From Zygnema circumcarinatum SAG 698-1b (Eukaryota; Plantae; Zygnematophyceae): a stretch of 64,000 nucleotides of DNA. The position numbers and the translations under genes are program-made. The stretch is from positions 496,001 to 560,000 of the forward strand of contig CM074820.1 in assembly GCA_037447605.1 (NCBI GenBank), given 5' to 3'. Shown piece by piece: positions 1 through 13,731 of this stretch. The notes beneath the pieces are model-generated. The model did not search any database. It had not been told where the DNA came from and worked only from the letters and a program-made list of their open reading frames with translations. Positions within the stretch are counted from its first letter, which is position 1, and every line of letters starts with the position of its first letter.

Positions 1-834
1 TCAGCCGGTCTGTCGATTGAAGCTATGCACCATACATTGTCTCACTATCCGGCACGGTGCCTTCTGAGTCAAAAATTTGAAGTTTTGCGTCAGAAACTTG
101 GACGAGTCCAACGAGTTTTATGCCTCGTGTGAGAGAATCTCCGGCAGAGTATTTTGGATCAGAAGTGGACACCTGAAAAAGACCACAAGGAAAAAAGAAA
201 AAAAAAGGAAAGGAAACAGGCTGCAAACATTAACATTCCTGCAAATGAATGAATAAATGAAATGTAATAAAATGAAATGAAATGAAATGACGCAACACCT
301 ATTCTGCAAAGGGAAAATGATGTTGAGCACATATAGAGAATGATGTTGAGCACATATAGAGAATGATGTTAGGTAAAGCTGCTCCACCTCAAGGGAGACG
401 ACTAATTTGGTCAACTTCTCGACCGGAAGCTCCATCGAAAACTTGTTCTCTCCAATCTTCACAAACTCCTGCTTTGAAACAAAGCACAAGGCTTTACTGT
501 CAAATGAGCAGATCAACTCCACAATCCCTTATTAAGATTGGAGTCGATAATATTCCGAAAGATTTAATTTCAGGAAATCTGCCAAGCTTCGGCTTCAATA
601 GCAATCGAAAAGTGAGCGAGACTTTCCTAGGCTTGCCTGTAAAGTTTACGAAATTTTCGATTCAAACAACAAAAAGTTAACAAATTGGCACCTTCCTACA
701 AATCAAATAAAGAATCAGTTTGAGAGAGAGAAAAAACCCTAAACCCCAAACCCTATCACGCAAAGTCCCGGTCTATATATACATTCAGCGTCTGAGATTG
801 ATGGTTAGTACAGATAGTATAGATAGTATTGATA

Positions 835-869
<35 letters not shown>

Positions 870-2343
870 ATCGATAGTTGATAGTTAGTATATATATTTT
901 ATCCGCAAAGGTCAGAAAATTAGGAGGGAAACTCACTTTGCCATTGATTCCAGCCCCTCCCGCGGTTTTCAAAGTGACAGAAGGAGGGGCATCGCCAAGA
1001 ACAGTCATGACAGCTGCCTGCATATAACAACACCCAGAATTCAGATCTTTATATAAAACTGAAAAACATTTGTGAAGAAAACATTTAAAAAGAAATCTCG
1101 CTTAAAGTACAAGCCTTCACTAAAGTAATCCATACAATAGGAATGTACGGAATCTTCAGCAAAGAACTGTACTGCTGAATGTAAAAAAACTGCAGAGTAC
1201 TAGTTCTTTTTTTCGTCTTCAGCACACACAGCTTCACATTTGGAGCAGATCTCTAAGAACTTGTCAGCAAGAAATTTCGATTATTACTCCATAAATTCAT
1301 TGTGCGCAAATTGTACAGTAAGTATTATTAACTCCGGTAATCCCAGTTCAAGTCAACGGTGATAAGAGTGGCTAATCCTCCTATAAAGTTTAAGTAAAGT
1401 AAAGTAATAAAGGGGAAAAGCACAATGAAGCTCACCTCAATGTTCTTTTCTTTACTGACAGAGACAGTTGTCGGCCATTGCAGTACAAGCGGAATAAGAA
1501 TACTGCAAACATCAAAGAGCCATTATAGGGTCAATTTCACTCACACAAAGTAAGATAGAGATGCATAAAATAAGATAAACATGCACGGCTTGTAGAGGGG
1601 GAGGGGGAGGGGGAGGGTGGGAGGGAGGGAAGGAGGGAGGTTAGGCTCTAGAATCTGATTAGGCTCTAGGCTCTCTACATTTGATGGTTTCACTTTTTTG
1701 TTTTACAAGAGAAGACGTACTTGTTGTTGTTAAGTACTGCAAGCGCGTCGAGCTGATAGAAGGCATCAAATGCAGAAGCAGGGCTCGCTTCCAAAAGAAA
1801 ATTTGCCCCCTCGACTAAGTCATTTGCTATCTGTCAGAAACATCACCTCACAAAAACTAGATCAAAGAGATTCACACTTTTCTTTAATGGAAATAGATAA
1901 CGTAAAGCTAGCCTTTTTGAACATTTATGTAAAAAAATATGAATGTCTCAATGTCTCAATAATTATGGAGCCAGAATCTCATTATCAAACCGAATTCAAC
2001 TAGCTTTGGTAATGAACAAACAATTATCCTTTTCTTGTCCAACTGAACATCTAACTCATAACAATTCGAAAATCTAAAATCTTAGATCTGACGGATCCAT
2101 TGTCTGAATTGTGCTTCACAGTATGGTTAAACCCGCACGTGCGAGTGAAATATTTGAACATGTGAAACGATTACGAAAACACTTCAAATGTTCAACATAA
2201 AGACATTCCAAGTTTCCGATGTTCATGTTCGATCTAACTGACTTAGATTGAATGAGATTAGCAACAAAAACTAATGGCCCGAAAACCTGCTTACGCGTTC
2301 AAAAAGGTTATAAGCTTTACTGTATTTGGACTATGCTGGGGAA

Positions 2344-2376
<33 letters not shown>

Positions 2377-5186
2377 GCTAAAAGAGCGCACCACAAGTTG
2401 TGTATTGAGAGCGGTAGCAAAAGAAATAGCGCCCTTCACTACAGCGGAAGTTGCAGCCACTGAACTTGAACCTCCGCTTGTTTCATCGCCGGGCCCATCC
2501 AAAAGCATAAATGTCTGCCCCTCTGTAGGGCATAGAAAATGAAGGAAAAAAAAAAAAGAGCATCTGATGAAGGCTGGATGAAAGAAACAAGGTTCTGACC
2601 AGATTTGAATCCTTCGCCAATATCAACAGAGAATCTTCAGAAAGCATAGTCTTGTAAGCATATCCAGAGGACTTATTCAGAAAGAAGAGCGACTTCAAAT
2701 CAGATGTAGATTTTATGGAAAATAAATAAATAATAAATAGTAATAATAAATAGTCCGAGGCAGACCTTCTCGAGCAACGCTGTCGAAAAGCTTTTTCAAC
2801 TCCCTTTTGAAACTCGATATCTGCCGATTGAGAAAAAATGAAGCAAACAAAACAAGATGTGGCTTATTTGTGCGTACAGACAAACATATACCCAGTTTGA
2901 ACCGAATAATATCTCCAGACCAAGAATTGCTGCTACACTTTGTTTCTTGTTGACCAACAGGCAATCTATGATTTTGCAGCTTCTCGACCCAAAGTTTGGC
3001 AGAGTGGTGTGGAAAGGGGGAGCTTCACTATGCGTTTTACAAATGGTTCAAACAAAATATATGATCCCTAAGGGAGCTATTCCAGCTGTCTTTGATACAG
3101 TCAAACACGAGCATTAGGGCTAATAAATGGACGAAAAGTAACCCTAAAAACACAAGCAGCAAAGAACCATAGAAAATATAACGATATTGCATGTTTCAGC
3201 CTGGTTTCGATCAAATTTCATCAATATTCGTGCCCTTCTAGCCCTTAATCAGAACACCACTATTGATTTTTGTCCCTAAAACTAAAAAACAACCAACCAC
3301 AACAACAGCAACAACAGGAGATGTTTTTTGCATATCTATGTACGGACCTGCGAAGAAGAAAGCTGCACTCCGATGCTTACAAGAGCAGCTCCTGCCTCCA
3401 AAGCCAATCCTGCCATTCTCACTCCCTCAGACTACATGTCAAAATACGCAAATTCGCCAATCACCAAAAAATTCTCTCCCTTCCCTCTCCCTCTCCCTCT
3501 CCCTCTCCCCCTCCCCCTCCCCCTCCTCCCCCTCCCTCTATCACTACCTCTCTCCCCCTCTCAAAACAATATCTGAGGATCAGGTGAAAGCCCTCATAAA
3601 GTTTTCAGTTACCGGCATTGATATGGATGCACTCTAAAGAAACACATTAACCGATAATTGAACACAACGGCGTGCTTATAACAGCAAACGAGGTTTGAAC
3701 TATCAAGATCCCAAACTTAACCCCCATGAAAAAAAGGGAAAAAAAAATCATGAAAGAAAATTCCGCCTACCTGTAGCTTTGGCAGAGGAGGCACTACCGG
3801 GGCTATATCTCCATGTACCTCCTCCATAAGCCAAACTCTAACAATAGATAGGCACATGGAGGAAAGGATCAGTCCCTTCATTATTTCTAAACATAAACCA
3901 AAATGCAAAATGAGGGTGCGGTCAAACATTGAGCTCATAGCATTTAGCTTTACCTTTTAACTTTAACCACCCGTCTCTCTACCACCCTTCTCCCTTTTCT
4001 CTCTCTCTGTCTATCTCGCTCTCCTCTTCTGTCTCTCTCTCTCCAAGTGCTGACCAAAACAAGTCAGGTCATATTGCAGAAGCAGATTGACCAAGCCATA
4101 GAAACAGATTCAGACAGTGTGAAGAAGAAACAGTTTTCCTAAACATTTGCTAAACGTTATGACAATATACACATATGAACATTTTCAAATAGCCCAAATT
4201 GCAAGGGTTTTCTCACCTGAAGGTTGCTAAAAGTTCCAGAAAGCTCATCTACATATGATCCCTCTGTCCAGCCTTTCTCCTGCGGCGATTGATTCATAGG
4301 TCAGAGTTTGAGCTTTGCAGATTTCTGTTCAAGTGAATAAGTTGTATTGAGCATTCAAAACCTGTTCACCAATTGCTATCAGCAAATATTTCATTCAAAG
4401 GCTTTCAGAATCTATTCAGGTCGACTCTCCACTTGCCTATCCAAATATACTCTGATTCTGGGAGAAGATGAACTCACGGAGACAATTGAAAATCTTGCGA
4501 TTAGTTGTGCCATCTCAGCTCTATTTCCAATCCATTTTTTGGTTTTTGAAAGGATATGCTTCACATGACACTAGCAACTCTAAAGTAATGACTTCGAAGT
4601 AATCAATAACATTTCAAGGAAGAGATGCTTAAAATTTTTAGTCAAAGGCCCTCATATAAACTTATTCCGCATAGCCCAAAGGCTCAGTATAGCGTATATA
4701 GTTCTTAGAACATTTCATCACTGGGCCCGAGATATTCTTTGGAACTCTTTTGACTTGTCCAAATCTCTCCTCACCAATTCAGACATATGTCAACGTTCAA
4801 GTCCGAAACTCATAAAAAAAGTGGAGAGGCTTCACACGCACCTTAATGTATGAGAGACCGACCAAAGAGTAGTAGAGAGGAAGCAAGTCCTTTCTTTCCT
4901 TTGCTGCTGCTAAGAGTATCGGCTCCCCTTCCTGCTCAAACTCCATAGTATATCGCGAAATATTGCGAATTTTCGTAAGTAACTGCCATTAGCTCATGCA
5001 CGCAGCATGCGAGAGCTCGATCGCAAACAGAGAACAAGAGCTAAACCTCGACTACATTTTCCATTCCAGCAGAGAAAATATGCATTAGCTCCGTGAAGGC
5101 TGTTTCTTTGCGAAAAACCCAGCTATTGCGAGAAGATACATTTTCACAGGAGGACGATGCTGTCAGTGAAGAGGCGAAGGGAGGGA

Positions 5187-5225
<39 letters not shown>

Positions 5226-6751
5226 TGAGGGATCAGAAACGAGAGGTCCTTAGAGTAAACAGGACAAAAAGAGAGCAGAGCGGAGAAGGAGCAGGACGAT
5301 GCTGTCAGTGGAAGGGGGCTGGGGAGGAGAGTGGACGAGAGAAAGAGAGAGACTGAGGGATCAGAAACTTCGAGTAAGCAGGAAACGGGAGATAGCAGAG
5401 CGGAGCGAGAGAAAGTACCTTAGCGAGTGCAGCTGCATTCTCGCAATTTAGTATGCCGACAGCCTTGACTGAAAAATATACCGATGAAACATTCTCTGGC
5501 TTGCTATTCAAAAGCCAAGAGCACGTCTTTGGCAAGTCTGGAACTCCGCCATCCGCAACTTCATATGCACGAACAGCCTGATAGGTTGCTTCAAAGCTGG
5601 CCCACATACACGGAGAGCGTCAAATATGGCCGGAAATCTCAGCGGGAAGTAAGCAAAACAAATGAAATGAAGAAAGACATAAAGGATGCTCTGTAGCAAG
5701 ATGAAGATAAAATGCAGCAAGGAGGCAACTCTGGCTTGCACTATGTGTGGTTTGCATTCAACATCAATGCACTGCTTACGAGATATTTTACTTTTAAATC
5801 CCAGTTCAAGCTGAAGAATCTTTCAGAAGTGACCTAAAATGCAGTGTTGGTGCACAAAAATGCTCCCGCTCCGCTCTGCACTCTCTCGTTTCTTGCTTAA
5901 TTTAAGGACCTTTCCTTTCCGACCCCTCGCTCTCTCTCGAACTCGTCGCCCTTCCCTCACCCTCCCTCCCCTCTCCACTGACAGCACCTTCTCGCGCTGG
6001 TTTTTCCTGCTCTGCAATATTTGAAATCACCTTCCAAAGGAGCCGTCTTCCTGGATTACAAAAAGCGATTTGCGGGCATCAAGATCGGCCTTCGTCAGCG
6101 CAGATGGAGCGCGCGCAGCCTCAATATTCGCCACGAAATTACATAGCGTCAGCAGCAGAAGCAGTGGCAGAGCCAGAGAAGATGCAGCCTCTGATCACAA
6201 CACAGTGGAAATTGGAAAAAAAAATTCCAAACTTCAGCTAGCCAACGATGGTGTAGAGCGCATTCCTTAACGCCACATTTGAGCTCCTGCTATTTCATAT
6301 CCCAGCAAATCGAACATTCCCCTCCCTGCTGCAGCTGAATCTGAAACCTTCAAAATATCACGAGGAGTGGTATATCGCTACTAATTGAAGCTACATGTTT
6401 GCTCCGCAGTTCAGTCTCCCCTCATCTCTCTCCATCTCCCACTCTCACTCTCCTTCCCTCCCCCTCGCTTACTCCCCCTCCCTCTCTCTCGTTCACTCTC
6501 CTTCCCTCCCCCTCTCTCACTCTCCCTCCCTCCGTACCTCTCCCTCCCTCTCCCTCCCTCCCTCCCTCCCTTTCCCTCCCTCCCTCCCTCTCCCTCCCCC
6601 CTTCCTCTCCCTCCCTCTCCCTCCCTCTCTCTCCTCTTCCTCTCCCTCCCTCTCCCTGCAAGCAAGATTGACATATTGGCATGCGACAGGAAAAGCGATG
6701 CGATGCAGGAAAGGGAACGGGATGAGATGACTGACGCGCTCTGGCCGCCAT
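1..6751 (-). CDS. RPN2: Dolichyl-diphosphooligosaccharide-protein glycosyltransferase subunit 2 (ribophorin II); multi-exon, 3' part lies outside the window
   Basis: Phase-consistent spliced N-terminus from ATG 6751: MAARAQAASSLALPLLLLTLCNFVANIEA (signal peptide), then DGSFGSFEATYQAVRAYEV. Later exons read SLAYGGGTWRYSPG, MAGLALEA, ELKKLFDSV, LDALAVLNNN, ILIPLVLQWPTTVSVSK, AAVMTVLGDAPPSVTLK and VQVSDAKLQIFDSE. These match plant RPN2/HAP6 as I recall it, in the same order. Some small internal exons were not resolved. Confidence 0.9.
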
Positions 6752-7746
6752 GGCTCCGACTCGCTCTGCCCGCACCTCCTGCCAATGCCGCCCTCCGAAA
6801 CCCCTCCCTCCAAAGCCCTTCCAGCTGCTCCACAGAGAGGCTTTGAAGGCGAAGGGACGATCAGGGAAGGGGAGGGAGGGAGAAAAATTGGCAGACAGCT
6901 GTCCGGTTTGTAAACCGAAAACCTTTCACAAACTCGGTTTAGGGTAGACGGCGGGAGGGTGGTAAAGAAAGGTCGGGTACAAATGGGGTAAACGCGTTCC
7001 TTTGTTTGTGTACGTTGTACAGTACAACTTGTACTGTATGTTAGAACGGTTCATTTGCGACTTGCGAGCGGTTGGTTCTTCGTAGTTCCCCATGTTGTGT
7101 TTGTGCAAGTATATAGGATGGCCTCGCCATCGTGAGAACAATGTCAAATCGCTTTCACTCTTTCTTGAACAAAGATGCAAAGGATGTGGCATTGATCTCA
7201 CGATGGCGATGATGCCATCAAATGTACATGGACAAATTCAGCATGGGGAACCACGAGGAACTGGTCGCAAAGGACTTTAAGACAATAGGGAACAGCTAGG
7301 AGCGGAAAGCTCCGCCGAGGGTCAAGAACGCAGCCCTAAAAGCAGACAGTCTTAAACGCTTGTGGATTCGAGACTTGAAAGTAGAAATGCAACATGCCAA
7401 CATGGAGGCTTCCTCCTGCCATACAAACGATATACCACCGAGATACCGAGATATTATGTAATAGGGCAATATCGGAATATTGCAGTATCAAAGCTCAGTT
7501 CGGTACGATGTCAGGGCAAAATTCCAAGGCAGGTGCCATAGACGTTGGCGAAGCGCGGTAGACCGCGCGCCATAGGGCCGCCCCCTTGGAGCGGGTTTGA
7601 GTCAATCACTTTTATATTTTCAAGCCCTCACCCATGAGAGAAAATGGCAACCATGGAGCCATGTGCAATACGGTATATGTAACAAAAGTAACATTAATCT
7701 CTACAGTTCCATGTATTTGCTGCTGGCGTCAACAGAGCAACTCATA

Positions 7747-10700
7747 CTACACAACCTCTGCTGCAGTCTTCCCTAAAAGCCTAAAGCTGTACACGTAGAG
7801 AAAATGGCGACAAGTAAACCTATAGCATCTGTCATAGCAGCGGCTTTGAAGGCCTGTAGAAGCTAGTCTTATTATTCCTCTCCCTTCTCTCACTTTTTCG
7901 TTTCCAACTCTCCTCCCATTCCTCCCGTACTGACCCACTCCCCCTCCCTCGCTCTCGCGCCCGCCCTCCGTTGTGCAGGGAGGAAATGCCTACGTGGCGA
8001 ATTGTGATTGGTTTTGACACTGCCGCCCGGGGTATCTCATCCATCCCTTTTTCTCATCAAACCCACCCCTCCTGCCTTTCACTTTCGCCCCCTTCATCCT
8101 TGTTCCTCCCTCTCCCTCATCAAAGAAGTCCCTCTCCTTCCAAGTCTTTCCCTCTTTCTCATCAAACAAAACCCCTTGTCCTTCCCCATTCCTGCCTCTC
8201 TCTGTCAAAAAAGTTACCTTCTCCCCCCATCCTTTCCCTCTCTCATCCGCTAATCTCCCATTCGTTCATTCTCTCCCCTCAAAGAAAAGAAATTTCCCAC
8301 CTTCCTCATACCTCCCTCTCTCCCATCAAAGGAGATGTCCCCATCCTTCGCCATTCCTTTCACCCTCTCATCAAAGAAGTTCCCCTCACTCTCTCTCGTC
8401 AAACAAGTGGCCCCCCTCATTCCCCATTCTCTCCCTCTCTTATCAAAAACAAAGTCTTCCACTTCCCCATTTCTCCACCTCTCTCATCAAAGAAGAAGGC
8501 GACATGACAAGTGCCAGAGATGCCACACCAAGCCAACGAGCGCGAACCAAGTCGCAACACGCCATGCTTGAGTCAGGTACCTCGCCATCTCCCTGGACCA
8601 GTATTCCTCTACTACGCCAAGATCTGCCGTCCCCGTCTTGCTACTCCGCTGCTCTGCAAAGTAGCCGGGTTTGCTGCGATCAACATCACCTTCCTTGTCC
8701 GCTCCGTCCTGGTCAGACCCCACAGTATTGCTGGACCCTGGCTCATCCCTAAAGCTCTCGGAAGTTTCACCCCATTCTTTTCTTACCTGCAAAAAACAAC
8801 GCATGGAGTGGTTATGAGTTTCTCTACGTAAACTGTGGCTAGTTCTAACATCATCCCGTTCTCGTTGTTAGATCACCAAGCGCCATATAACCTACACTCA
8901 CTGCCAATTCACTACGGCTCTGCCATACCACAAGACGGCTTTTTCATGAACATTTCTATTTACTCTCCCTGAATCACTTAGTAAAAAAGAGATTATCAAA
9001 CGCTATATCTAACTCAAAAATGACAATCATCTAGACGGCTCAGGAAAGGGTGCTCAAACCTTTTGAATCCAAGGTAGAAGGACAATCGAATTTGTGGCGG
9101 AAGCGAGTAGAGCAATCGCGAGAGCGCAGACTTGCCACTTGTTGCTCGCATTTGAAGGGCGCAGCAACCAGCTTTGGACGGCAATCCCCAAGCAGATTGC
9201 AACACATATTGCAGAAATTTGTGATATTTTGAGCGACAACCTATTCTTTGCGAGTTCCATATCTTGAATAGGGCGATCCACGAAGGACGGTCGTCCATAA
9301 AACACAAGGAAGAGTACCGCTCCAAATGCAATGCTGAAGGATGCTAGGTGTACGAGTCGTTGGAGACCAACCCACAAAAAAGGGTGCCCTATATCTCGAC
9401 TCCACTTAACAGGGCCTTTCCCTTCAGTTCGAGCAGCGTTAACGTACCCCCAAACCTCTTCGATTTTTTCGGCCTCGAGATCTGAAAGTTTCCAAGAATT
9501 TCGTAAGTCCAACCATGTCTCCTTCGCTCGATCTGATGCTTCATCCCACTTCTCCTTTGAGACATCCTTCGCTTTCTGCTCTATATTCGTCACCTTATCA
9601 CCAGGAAATTCCCGAATAGTCTCCTTTCCTCTCTCAGAAACATACGCCATTCCCTCTTTAGCCATATCATAAGCCTCCTGACTGCCCTCGGCAACTTCAC
9701 CTAAAGTTTCCCTGACCCTATGACTAACCTCTTCCACTGCATCCGAAACTCCGGGTTTCGTAAATCTGTCTGCCATTTCCGCTGCTTCAGAAGTTCGATG
9801 GCTAAATTCTTCACTTGCATCTTCTGCGATTTCCCATCCTTCCTCTGTTGGTTCCAGAAGATTCCTTTCCTTCGTAGTTCCTCCGTGGTCTGAGCCACTC
9901 CTTGCTTCCTTCGCTGAGTCCTCCAACACTTTGAAAAAGTCGCCTGTACTCGTTGAAGCCTTTTCCACATAGTCCTCCACAACATCCTCGCACCACTGCA
10001 CCTTGCCTGAAGGTACACAATCCAGTCTATTAGAATAAAACATACGCAAGAACAATGTCAAATGAAATCATAAACAAGAGAAATGATGATAGCCAAAAAC
10101 ACTCTTTACTGGAAAATATCTCCCATCCATTACCTGCAAGCGCCTTCCTCTCCTCAGGCCGGAAAGCTTCGTGCTTGATACATCGCATTACTGCCGATCC
10201 TCGTTCATAAACGGTAGAAGCTGCTCTCCTTGCAGCGTCCTCTGCTTGACAAAATTTCTGAACTGCCATATCTTCAGTTGCACAAATTCCGTTCCAAAAT
10301 GAATGTCCAGCTCGAATTGCGCCTTTTCTCGCATTCTCTTCTAAATGCCATGTCGCTTCTCCAACTCGCGCAACTTTTTCCCAGGCCGCATGTCCCGTCT
10401 CTTTCACCTTATCATTCATCTCTCCAACAGCGCTGTAAATGCTTTCGCCCACTCCATGAATGCCTTCTCCGAGCTGCTTTCCTACTTCTTGAACACTCTC
10501 AACTCCATGTTGGACATTCTCCTTCACCGACTCAACAACTTGACCAGCTCGATACTTCGCCGCCTCCGCTGTTCGACTCATGGCTTCCAAGGACGCGAGT
10601 GTTGGATTCATGATGCTTTTGAAAGCCGATTCTGCTAAATGCGATGCCCTCCCCTCTGCCGTTGCCACCATATCTCTCGCTTTTTCTTTTGCTTTGTTTG

Positions 10701-11332
10701 CGTGTTCGATCGCCCGATTCCATGTGGAAGCTTGGGCTTCATGAATTCGGTCTCTTCCTGCAAGCGCTGCACGTTGAGCCATTTGCATGGCTTCCACAAC
10801 ACTGTCTGCCGCATGCGTTATTTCCTCTGCAGCCTGGTGTGCCTTTTCTTTAGCAATCTCAGCAAAAGGCAGGGCGTTCTTATCTCGGCCCAGCCAGTAC
10901 TGCATGGGGACTTTATTTCCACCTTCTGAGATACAATCAACCGCAGATATTCAAAATATTCGCATTAGAAGTGGAGAATAATTTCACCTAAAAAAATAAA
11001 TAGTTGCACCTTTGCAAGGATTCTGTAAGGGGAAAGGGAAGGATTTCTTGAAGTAGCGACGGAGAACTCTAAAAGCAAGAGCTCCTATTCTGATGCCAAA
11101 AAATTTACAGCTGCAATCACTAATTTACACATGAATGAACATCACCTTTCATTATCTCACCTCCATATTCTCCCACACCTATGCCAAAGATCAATTCCCT
11201 TGCAAACTGCGGCGCTGCAGCTAGATACAATTGCTGCGCTGTCCCCGGAAACCGGACGACGAGCGGCTCCGGTGAAAGGAGAATTGCGGATGCAAGTGTG
11301 AAGGCCAACAAGATAATCTCAAACAAAGCCAT
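7747..11332 (-). CDS. LEA-like protein: signal peptide, charged helical repeat region, C-terminal TMEM205/DUF4149-like membrane domain
   Basis: Exons approx. 11144-11332, 10132-10927, 9065-10006, 8580-8790 and 7747-7868; splice phases agree for the first three junctions. N-terminus MALFEIILLAFTLASAILLSPEP; Ala/Glu/Lys-rich repeats (KEKAHQAAEE, VESVKENVQ); membrane segments LVHLASFSIAFGAVLFLVF and WQVCALAIALLASATNSIVLLPW. Architecture resembles the Arabidopsis At1g72100-type LEA family. The last exon is less certain. Confidence 0.75.
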
Positions 11333-11809
11333 GGCGCCAGCTACTTCGTCCTGCGAAGAATTGAAACCAACGGAGAAATTTAGTGTATTGACAGGTGGTG
11401 CTATCATTTAACAAAAAATTGAAAGATATGTAGATGCCAAGAACTGCTAGCTAAATTCCACACTCCTCATAACGGCGTTTTAATTCTCATTTATTGCAAA
11501 AAATAAACCTCCCCAGACCATGTGCAGGAAAATGAACCAGCAAACACGTCCAGAAACGTCAATTTTTTGCTTTCCAACTTACAAATAGTAGCACCAAAAG
11601 AAGAGTTTGGAGCCTTGCCTTGCCAGAAAACTACTAAGACATATCATCAAAATCCAAAAAAGTCTTTGAATCTGCTTCAAAAACGTGTAGAAGCTGCTTC
11701 GCGCTGCAGGACTTGCAGGCTGCAGCATGCAAGACAGCAGCTTGCAGGGCCTTGAAGAAAGGGGGGGAGGGGGGACTCCATTCAAGGGCGGAAGCCAATC
11801 ACGGGCTGT

Positions 11810-11980
11810 CACGTGTGCATACGTGACGACCTTACATGCCGTGATTGGTTAAAATTTCAACAAGGGATTCGTTCAATGGGAAGTCCTGCCGGAGGGACGA
11901 GCCAAGCTGAAGGGGGGACGTGGCAGTAGGGACACGTGGCAGGTGCAAGGTGTCAACACGTGGTAGTTAGGTCACGTGTC
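11810..11980. promoter_or_regulatory. Cluster of ACGT-core G-box/ABRE-like motifs upstream of the LEA-like gene
   Basis: CACGTG 11810, TACGTG 11820, ACGTGGC 11918, GACACGTGGC 11931, CACGTGG 11957 and CACGTGTC 11973, i.e. 480-650 bp upstream of the ATG at 11332. Confidence 0.45.
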
Positions 11981-12748
11981 ACCTCGAGCGGCTTGAGAAC
12001 CTACGAAAATAAAATAAAATTGGGGGTCGTAGAAAACGTCGGTATGATTTACATTAGAACAAGTACCCGGGTGAAATCACGATCTTTCTCCAGCGAAGTA
12101 CTTTCTCGACTTCCCCTTTTCATCAAATTTTGCTGAGTCTGAGACCCCCCATTACGAAATGGGAAAGTCGAAAAAGTAATTCGTTATCGGGAAGCTGTAA
12201 TTTGATTGAAGTATTCGTTCTGGTTTAAAACATACTGAGGTTTTTTGTTAAGTCTGAAATACTCTAATATAAAGGCGCAATTTTTAAAAAGAAAAGCCCA
12301 AAAAACTCCAAAACACGACGACGACAAGACGGGCTTTTGGAGCTTTTCTGATTGCCACGTGGCATGCAGTGGACACGCGGCAGGCAGAGAAGCGTTCAAA
12401 ATAGGTCGGTGGAATCCTTGCCGTAGAGAAGAACCTTGGAGCCGGAGCCGTATCGTATCGTATCGGGGTATTACTGGTCACGACTCCGTCGCGTCACAAC
12501 CGTTCAACTGGGACGTAAAACTGAACGCTAAACGACGACATTGTCGCACGTGAAAGAACCTTGGTCTCATTGATTAATCCCACAAACCCTAAAATCCTAC
12601 AAAACAAAACATTGGTCTTCACATTTAGGGACTCTCATGTCAATAAAGACTCACTTACGGCTAGGACTTTGTTAAGTTCGCAAATGCCTCTGGCTAGACA
12701 ATTCATACTTAAATAGTCATTGACAGTGAGATGCTGCCCGTGTTGCTG

Positions 12749-13129
12749 CTATAGATCCGTATTATACACTTTGAGGTTAGATACAGTGTATAATACAGTA
12801 TTAATGTAATACTGTATTATACACTGTATATACCTTAACGCAACTGCTAACAGCCGTACAATCGGAACATAGATCGGTACGGTAATTATGTACGGAACTG
12901 GTGTACGAACATGTACGGACCAAGTCACACGTGTTGAGTGTTTGGCAAGTGACGTGACTTGGAAAGTGCTGGAATTTCAATATTATAATCAAATTTTGTT
13001 CAACTAACCACGAAAATAAAAAAAATACGTTAAATACATTAAAAATACACTGTATTTTTAAAATGTTGTATAATACGCATGTATTATACAGTGTATTAAT
13101 ACACGCGTTTGATACATACGGATCTATAG
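12749..13129. mobile_element. MITE-like non-autonomous element with 14-bp TIRs and 6-bp TSD
   Basis: CTATAGATCCGTAT (12749-12762) and its reverse complement ATACGGATCTATAG (13116-13129), flanked on both sides by TTGCTG. The interior is AT-rich and has no ORF. Confidence 0.65.
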
Positions 13130-13731
13130 TTGCTGCCCAGCATAGCCAGAATTTTGCCGCATCGGTGGTAGATTTTTGACATCATCTAATAATACATTTC
13201 TGTTAACAATTAAAGATTGTGTCAGTTCCAAGTCAACGCTGGCAGGGAGTCAGAAGTCTTCCTCCTCCAATCACATCTGCATGGCGGTGCATGCGGCCGG
13301 CGCGCCATGCGCGGCAACCTCGGGCTGCAAGGCGGCCCGCCGTCCCGCACGATGATGCCTCGTGGCGCTTTGAACGGTGAGGATCCCGCCGAAGCTACTT
13401 CTTCCAAAGAGCTGCCACATGGCGCGTGGGCCGACACCTGCACGCTCCTTTGGTCGTCTGCGGTCGCCCCCGCCAGCAGCTCGGAAGGTGAGGGAGGGAG
13501 GACCGGCGAGGGAGGGAGTGGGAGATAAAGAGAGGAGAGGCGAAAGAGAAGAAGAAGAAGAAGAGAGAGAGAGAAAGAGAGTCGAGAGAGAAAGGTTTCA
13601 GAAGAGGGAAGAGAGTGGGTGGGAGAGAAAACGAGGGAGATACGGGTGAGGGAGAGGAAGGGGCCTGAAGAACGCTGAAGTAGACGGAGCGGAGAGGCGA
13701 AGTTGCAGAGAGAGAAGCAGAGAGGGTAGCG

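Noticed and set aside
7482-7500. CAGTATCAAAGC resembling an LTR primer-binding site (TGGTATCAGAGC)
   Set aside because: It has several mismatches, and no LTR pair or gag/pol ORF is nearby.
9054-10905. Two overlapping long ORFs suggesting a programmed frameshift in the LEA-like gene
   Set aside because: A canonical GT-AG intron at ~10007-10131 joins them in phase.
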